A model generated the notes under the pieces. The model searched no databases. It worked only from the letters and a program-made list of their open reading frames with translations, and had not been told where the DNA came from. The position numbers and the translations under genes were made by a program. Positions 60,544-64,000 of a stretch of 64,000 nt of DNA are shown piece after piece (position 1 is the stretch's first letter; every line of letters begins with the position of its first letter). The DNA comes from an uncultured Mycoplasmatota bacterium (GTDB taxonomy: Bacteria; Bacillota_I; Bacilli_A; RF39; UBA660): NCBI GenBank assembly GCA_947642475.1, contig CANRSQ010000001.1, forward strand, positions 3,991 through 67,990. The letters run 5' to 3'.

Positions 60544-61488
60544 TTAGCTCCTTACATTTGAGGAATTACTATAATAGCTTTCCATATCTATTAGTGAATA
60601 TGATGATAATTCAGAATAATCACGTTTGGTGATAACGCCTCCGTAGGCAGTTCCTTTAAATTCGGCGCAGTAATATCCATTATCGTATGTTCCTAGAACC
60701 ATAATGATATGGCCATTACCACCACTATGCCTAACTAGAAAATCGCCTGCTTGAGCTCCTTTGACAGATGCCTTTAAATATCCATTTTCTCTGGCCCAGC
60801 TTTGTTGGTCACCTGTGTAAGGGGTTACTGATGTTCCATTTTTAAATTTTGGCCAATTGAAACCACCATTATAAAGGGTCCACCAAGCAAAACTAGAACA
60901 GTCTAGATAAAAATTACGATTGACTATCCCCTCTGCTGCTTGAGCCTGTCGATTTGCACTCATTTGATATCTAAGTCTTTTATTAGTTGCATTTATATAA
61001 TCAACAATTAAAGCTATTCCTGCTGTGACAACTGCATTTCTCGTTCCATATCCTGCCTGATTTACACTATCTTTTATATGCTGATTAAATGTGTCAACAT
61101 TTTTATAATCTGTAGATTTAAGATCTTCAGCTGGTATTTTGTCAGTAACAACAGCATTTTCTGAAGCTTGATAATATTGTTCTAGCATTGCAGGATCTAG
61201 AGAAATAGCTCCTGTTGGGTTCGCACCACTACCAGTTCCACTTAAATTATAATTTGGATTTAAACCTTCTATAACTATTCGTGGGTAGGCAAAAATCATT
61301 AAGGAAATAAGTAGAATAAAAGCAAAACCAATTAATCCTGCGATTATTGGTATTTTGAATTTATTCATTAATAGTGATGATGCTAATCCTTTGACATCAA
61401 GTTCTTTGGCTTGCTTCGTAGCATTATAAACTTGTGAGCCTTTTTTGATAGCACCTTTTGCTTTTAATAATACTGCGGGCAAAGCCAT
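60544..61488 (-). CDS. Membrane-anchored NlpC/P60-family cell-wall hydrolase
   Basis: One TM helix. DCSSFAWW (catalytic Cys) ... GDFLV ... GHIIMVLG (His). Confidence 0.65.
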   Translation of the reverse strand: MALPAVLLKAKGAIKKGSQVYNATKQAKELDVKGLASSLLMNKFKIPIIAGLIGFAFILLISLMIFAYPRIVIEGLNPNYNLSGTGSGANPTGAISLDPAMLEQYYQASENAVVTDKIPAEDLKSTDYKNVDTFNQHIKDSVNQAGYGTRNAVVTAGIALIVDYINATNKRLRYQMSANRQAQAAEGIVNRNFYLDCSSFAWWTLYNGGFNWPKFKNGTSVTPYTGDQQSWARENGYLKASVKGAQAGDFLVRHSGGNGHIIMVLGTYDNGYYCAEFKGTAYGGVITKRDYSELSSYSLIDMESYYSNSSNVRS

Positions 61489-61506
61489 TTTATCACCACC
61501 TACTTA

Positions 61507-63291
61507 TTATAGTCCGCCTCCGCTTCCGAATGAATCTAATTCTTGTTCGGTTACTACTACGTTAATTTGCATTCTTTTTCGTCCGCAAATAAATAGCGCT
61601 TCTCCTTGGTTGAATCCTTTTATTGCGTTTCTTTCGTTATCGTTTAAATCTATTAATTTTGATAAGTCTTCTACTGCTTGTTTTTTTAGTCCCATAACTA
61701 AATAGTATGAAGAGTTATCGAAAATTGCTTTTCCCTGGGTAATTACACTTGGGTCGCTAAAGTCTGTTGGTTGTTGTGTAATTATAATTGTTCCTGTGTT
61801 ATATTTTCTCGCACGTCTTTGAACCTGTGCTAAGAAATCTGCTCCTAAAGCGTTATTACCTGAAAGTAATACGTGAGCTTCATCTACCATTAATACTGTA
61901 TTTACTGATGGATTTAATGTTAAACTCCATGAGTATTTTAATGTATTAAAGAATAGTGCATTTCTGATATTTTGATCGGCATTCATTAATTCTTTAATAT
62001 TGAATACGATAAAATTACTATTTGGTGAAATTGTTGTTGTTCCATCAAAGTAGTATTTTAATTCTTTTGTTAATGGTCTTAATTTTAATTCTAATTGTTC
62101 TAATATTTCTTTTTCTCTTGTTTGTTCTGGCATTGCTGTTATTTTTCCTCTAACAGTTGCGTAAACGTCTTTGAATGTTGGATAATCTTTTGATGAGAAT
62201 TTTGTAAAATCTGTATCGAAATTGATATTAAAACGTCTATATGTTTCTTGAACCATTTCACTGAAGATATTTAATACATCTTCGGTGATTGATGGGTCAT
62301 AGTATTTCATAAATGCTTTGATTGTTTGTAATGTTCTGGTCAATACTGCATAACCCATTCCTTGTTTTATTTCTTCTTCGTCGGCATCAACTATAACTTC
62401 TAATGGGTTAATCATACCGAATTGTCCACCTTTACCTAATTCAATATAATCTCCACCATACATTCTAGCCATGTCTTCTAATTCGCCTTCTGGGTCAATT
62501 ACAACTAATTGGTTATCATTTCTGATATGTGTTCTAAGCATTAGTTTGGCCGCTGTTGATTTACCTGATCCAGATGTACCTAGGATAATCATGTTGGCAT
62601 TGTTTCTATCTGGTTCTTTTTGCATTTGATATAGGAATTGATTGAATAAAACAACTCCACCTGAGAAATCTACACCTAATAAAGTAGATAATCCTGGGTC
62701 TTTGATACTATCGAAGATAAATGGATACATAGCGGCTATTGTTGAACCTGGAATAGGTGTTCCAATTCTTTCTTCTATATCTTGTTTAGGGAATATTGGA
62801 AGGATTGATTTTAATACCTTTTCTTGTTCAAATCTAAGAGGTACTGCCCTCATATTCATTGCTTCTAAATAACTTTTTACTTGTACTTTTTTACTTGTTA
62901 ATTCATCTTGCGAATCAGCAGTTACCATTACGTGTAATTGGAAGTCATAAATTTTTGTTTGGCTTGCAGCTAATTGCTTAATAAATTGTTCTAAAGATTC
63001 ATAATTTTGTCTGATTCTTTCTTGAACTGTAACGTCGTTTTCTTCTTGATATTTTACTTTCAAATCAGCAATTTCTTTATTGATCATTTTGTTGATAATA
63101 TCAAATTGCATTGGTATATGTTTTATTACCATTTTAATTCCTGACATGCTTGTTAAGTTTGCAAGGAATCCTGGGGTAATATATTTTGGATATGAAATAA
63201 CTGTTAATATTGTTGCATATTTATCAGAAACTACAAATTCACTTGGTTTAAATTCTAGGCCTTTTGGCGCTATTTGTGATTTAATATCCAT
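61507..63291 (-). CDS. VirB4-family conjugal transfer ATPase, C-terminal (ATPase) part
   Basis: Walker A ILGTSGSGKST. Walker B LMVDEAH. 594 aa. Confidence 0.85.
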   Translation of the reverse strand: MDIKSQIAPKGLEFKPSEFVVSDKYATILTVISYPKYITPGFLANLTSMSGIKMVIKHIPMQFDIINKMINKEIADLKVKYQEENDVTVQERIRQNYESLEQFIKQLAASQTKIYDFQLHVMVTADSQDELTSKKVQVKSYLEAMNMRAVPLRFEQEKVLKSILPIFPKQDIEERIGTPIPGSTIAAMYPFIFDSIKDPGLSTLLGVDFSGGVVLFNQFLYQMQKEPDRNNANMIILGTSGSGKSTAAKLMLRTHIRNDNQLVVIDPEGELEDMARMYGGDYIELGKGGQFGMINPLEVIVDADEEEIKQGMGYAVLTRTLQTIKAFMKYYDPSITEDVLNIFSEMVQETYRRFNINFDTDFTKFSSKDYPTFKDVYATVRGKITAMPEQTREKEILEQLELKLRPLTKELKYYFDGTTTISPNSNFIVFNIKELMNADQNIRNALFFNTLKYSWSLTLNPSVNTVLMVDEAHVLLSGNNALGADFLAQVQRRARKYNTGTIIITQQPTDFSDPSVITQGKAIFDNSSYYLVMGLKKQAVEDLSKLIDLNDNERNAIKGFNQGEALFICGRKRMQINVVVTEQELDSFGSGGGL

Positions 63292-63833
63292 TAAGCAATC
63301 ACCGTCCCAAATGTAGTAGTTTGTCCGCCGTTTAGGAAATTATCTAAGATAATTCTTAAATCATCATTTGATGTCTGTTTAGATTGTAATCCAGCGTTTG
63401 CTAAATATTGCATAAGGTTTCTGATTCTTTTTTGAATTTTTTCCATATCCTTTTCTTTAAATAGTAAATAGAATTCTGTATCAACAACGTTATTATTTGT
63501 AAACATATTTGCTTTATTAATATCATCTATTATTAATTTTCTTTTAACTGGATTTGTTTGTGAATTATATAATAATTGAAGTTGTGAAAGGTATGCATTG
63601 ATGTCTACTGGTCTATCAGCAGCAATAATCCAAAATTCGTAATCTATCATATTATAGACATTTCTTAAATTATTTATTATTGAATAAACTGCATCTTCTT
63701 CTAGGATAAAAATGTTTCTTGGAAATATTTTTACTCCTGTAACTTTTTCATTTGTATCAAGTACAATCATTCCATTTGCAATTGATTTTACTGGTACAAA
63801 ATCACTTGTATATTTACTTCTGTTTGAGCTCAT
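63291..63833 (-). CDS. VirB4-family ATPase, N-terminal part as separate ORF
   Basis: Resembles the N-terminal region of Gram-positive conjugative VirB4 (TrsE/PrgJ/TcpF). Stop and start overlap as TAATG with the next ORF. Start assigned to ATG 63833. Confidence 0.55.
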   Translation of the reverse strand: MSSNRSKYTSDFVPVKSIANGMIVLDTNEKVTGVKIFPRNIFILEEDAVYSIINNLRNVYNMIDYEFWIIAADRPVDINAYLSQLQLLYNSQTNPVKRKLIIDDINKANMFTNNNVVDTEFYLLFKEKDMEKIQKRIRNLMQYLANAGLQSKQTSNDDLRIILDNFLNGGQTTTFGTVIA

Positions 63834-63883
63834 CTTTAACACACCATCCCTTCCATATAAATCTTTGCCTTGTGGTATAAAAT

Positions 63884-64000
63884 TTATATACTTCTTTTAT
63901 TACGTTTAATGTATTGTGGTAATTTGGAATTGGAAGCACCAAGAATCCACAAATTAATCCTGGTGCTAGGTCTAGCATTGCAAACAAGAAATTTGCAGGA
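63884..64000 (-). CDS. 3' end of an upstream T4SS gene (partial, runs off window)
   Basis: Open frame ending ...ILGASNSKLPQYIKRNKRSI*, a hydrophobic-then-basic C-terminus. Confidence 0.3.
   Translation of the reverse strand, partial: SCKFLVCNARPSTRINLWILGASNSKLPQYIKRNKRSI

Larger units (their letters stand above)
53764..64000 (-). mobile_element. Conjugative transfer (Gram-positive T4SS) module of an ICE or integrated plasmid; incomplete in window
   Basis: Contiguous same-strand coupling protein, peptidoglycan hydrolases and VirB4. No relaxase or integrase is visible, so the remainder must lie beyond 64000. Confidence 0.65.

Overview
This is a very AT-rich (about 30% GC by eye) low-GC Firmicute chromosome segment. 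It comes from an endospore former: it carries an alpha/beta SASP gene, a gerA-gerC-gerB operon, and dacB-spmA-spmB. Its core synteny resembles Bacillus (thiI-sspA-ezrA, rpsD, tyrS, rimP-nusA-ylxR-infB-rbfA, rnr-smpB-ssrA).

The window has five parts. (1) 1-19.5 kb is housekeeping genes, interrupted at 10.7-13.4 kb by an accessory insert: a ToxIN/AbiQ-like type III toxin-antitoxin locus (three 36-nt RNA repeats, a terminator, and a ToxN-family gene), followed by a gtrA/gtrB-like pair and an orphan pilin gene. (2) 19.9-32.8 kb holds a TQXA-motif surface protein followed by a Wzy-dependent capsule/EPS locus with a CpsBCD-like regulatory module. (3) 33-44 kb carries germination and spore-maturation genes. 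(4) 44-50 kb is centred on tmRNA (ssrA), with accessory genes at its 3' side. These include two DinD-family paralogues, one of them pseudogenised, and a pair of near-identical terminator hairpins. (5) 52-64 kb holds hicAB followed by a Gram-positive conjugative T4SS module: VirD4-like coupling protein, bifunctional cell-wall hydrolases, and a VirB4 ATPase split into two ORFs. This module runs off the right edge of the window.

The ToxIN-like locus, the T-box-deoC(Cys-rich tail)-tyrS operon, several small hydrophobic-peptide ORFs and a 19-nt homopolymer are the features most worth follow-up.
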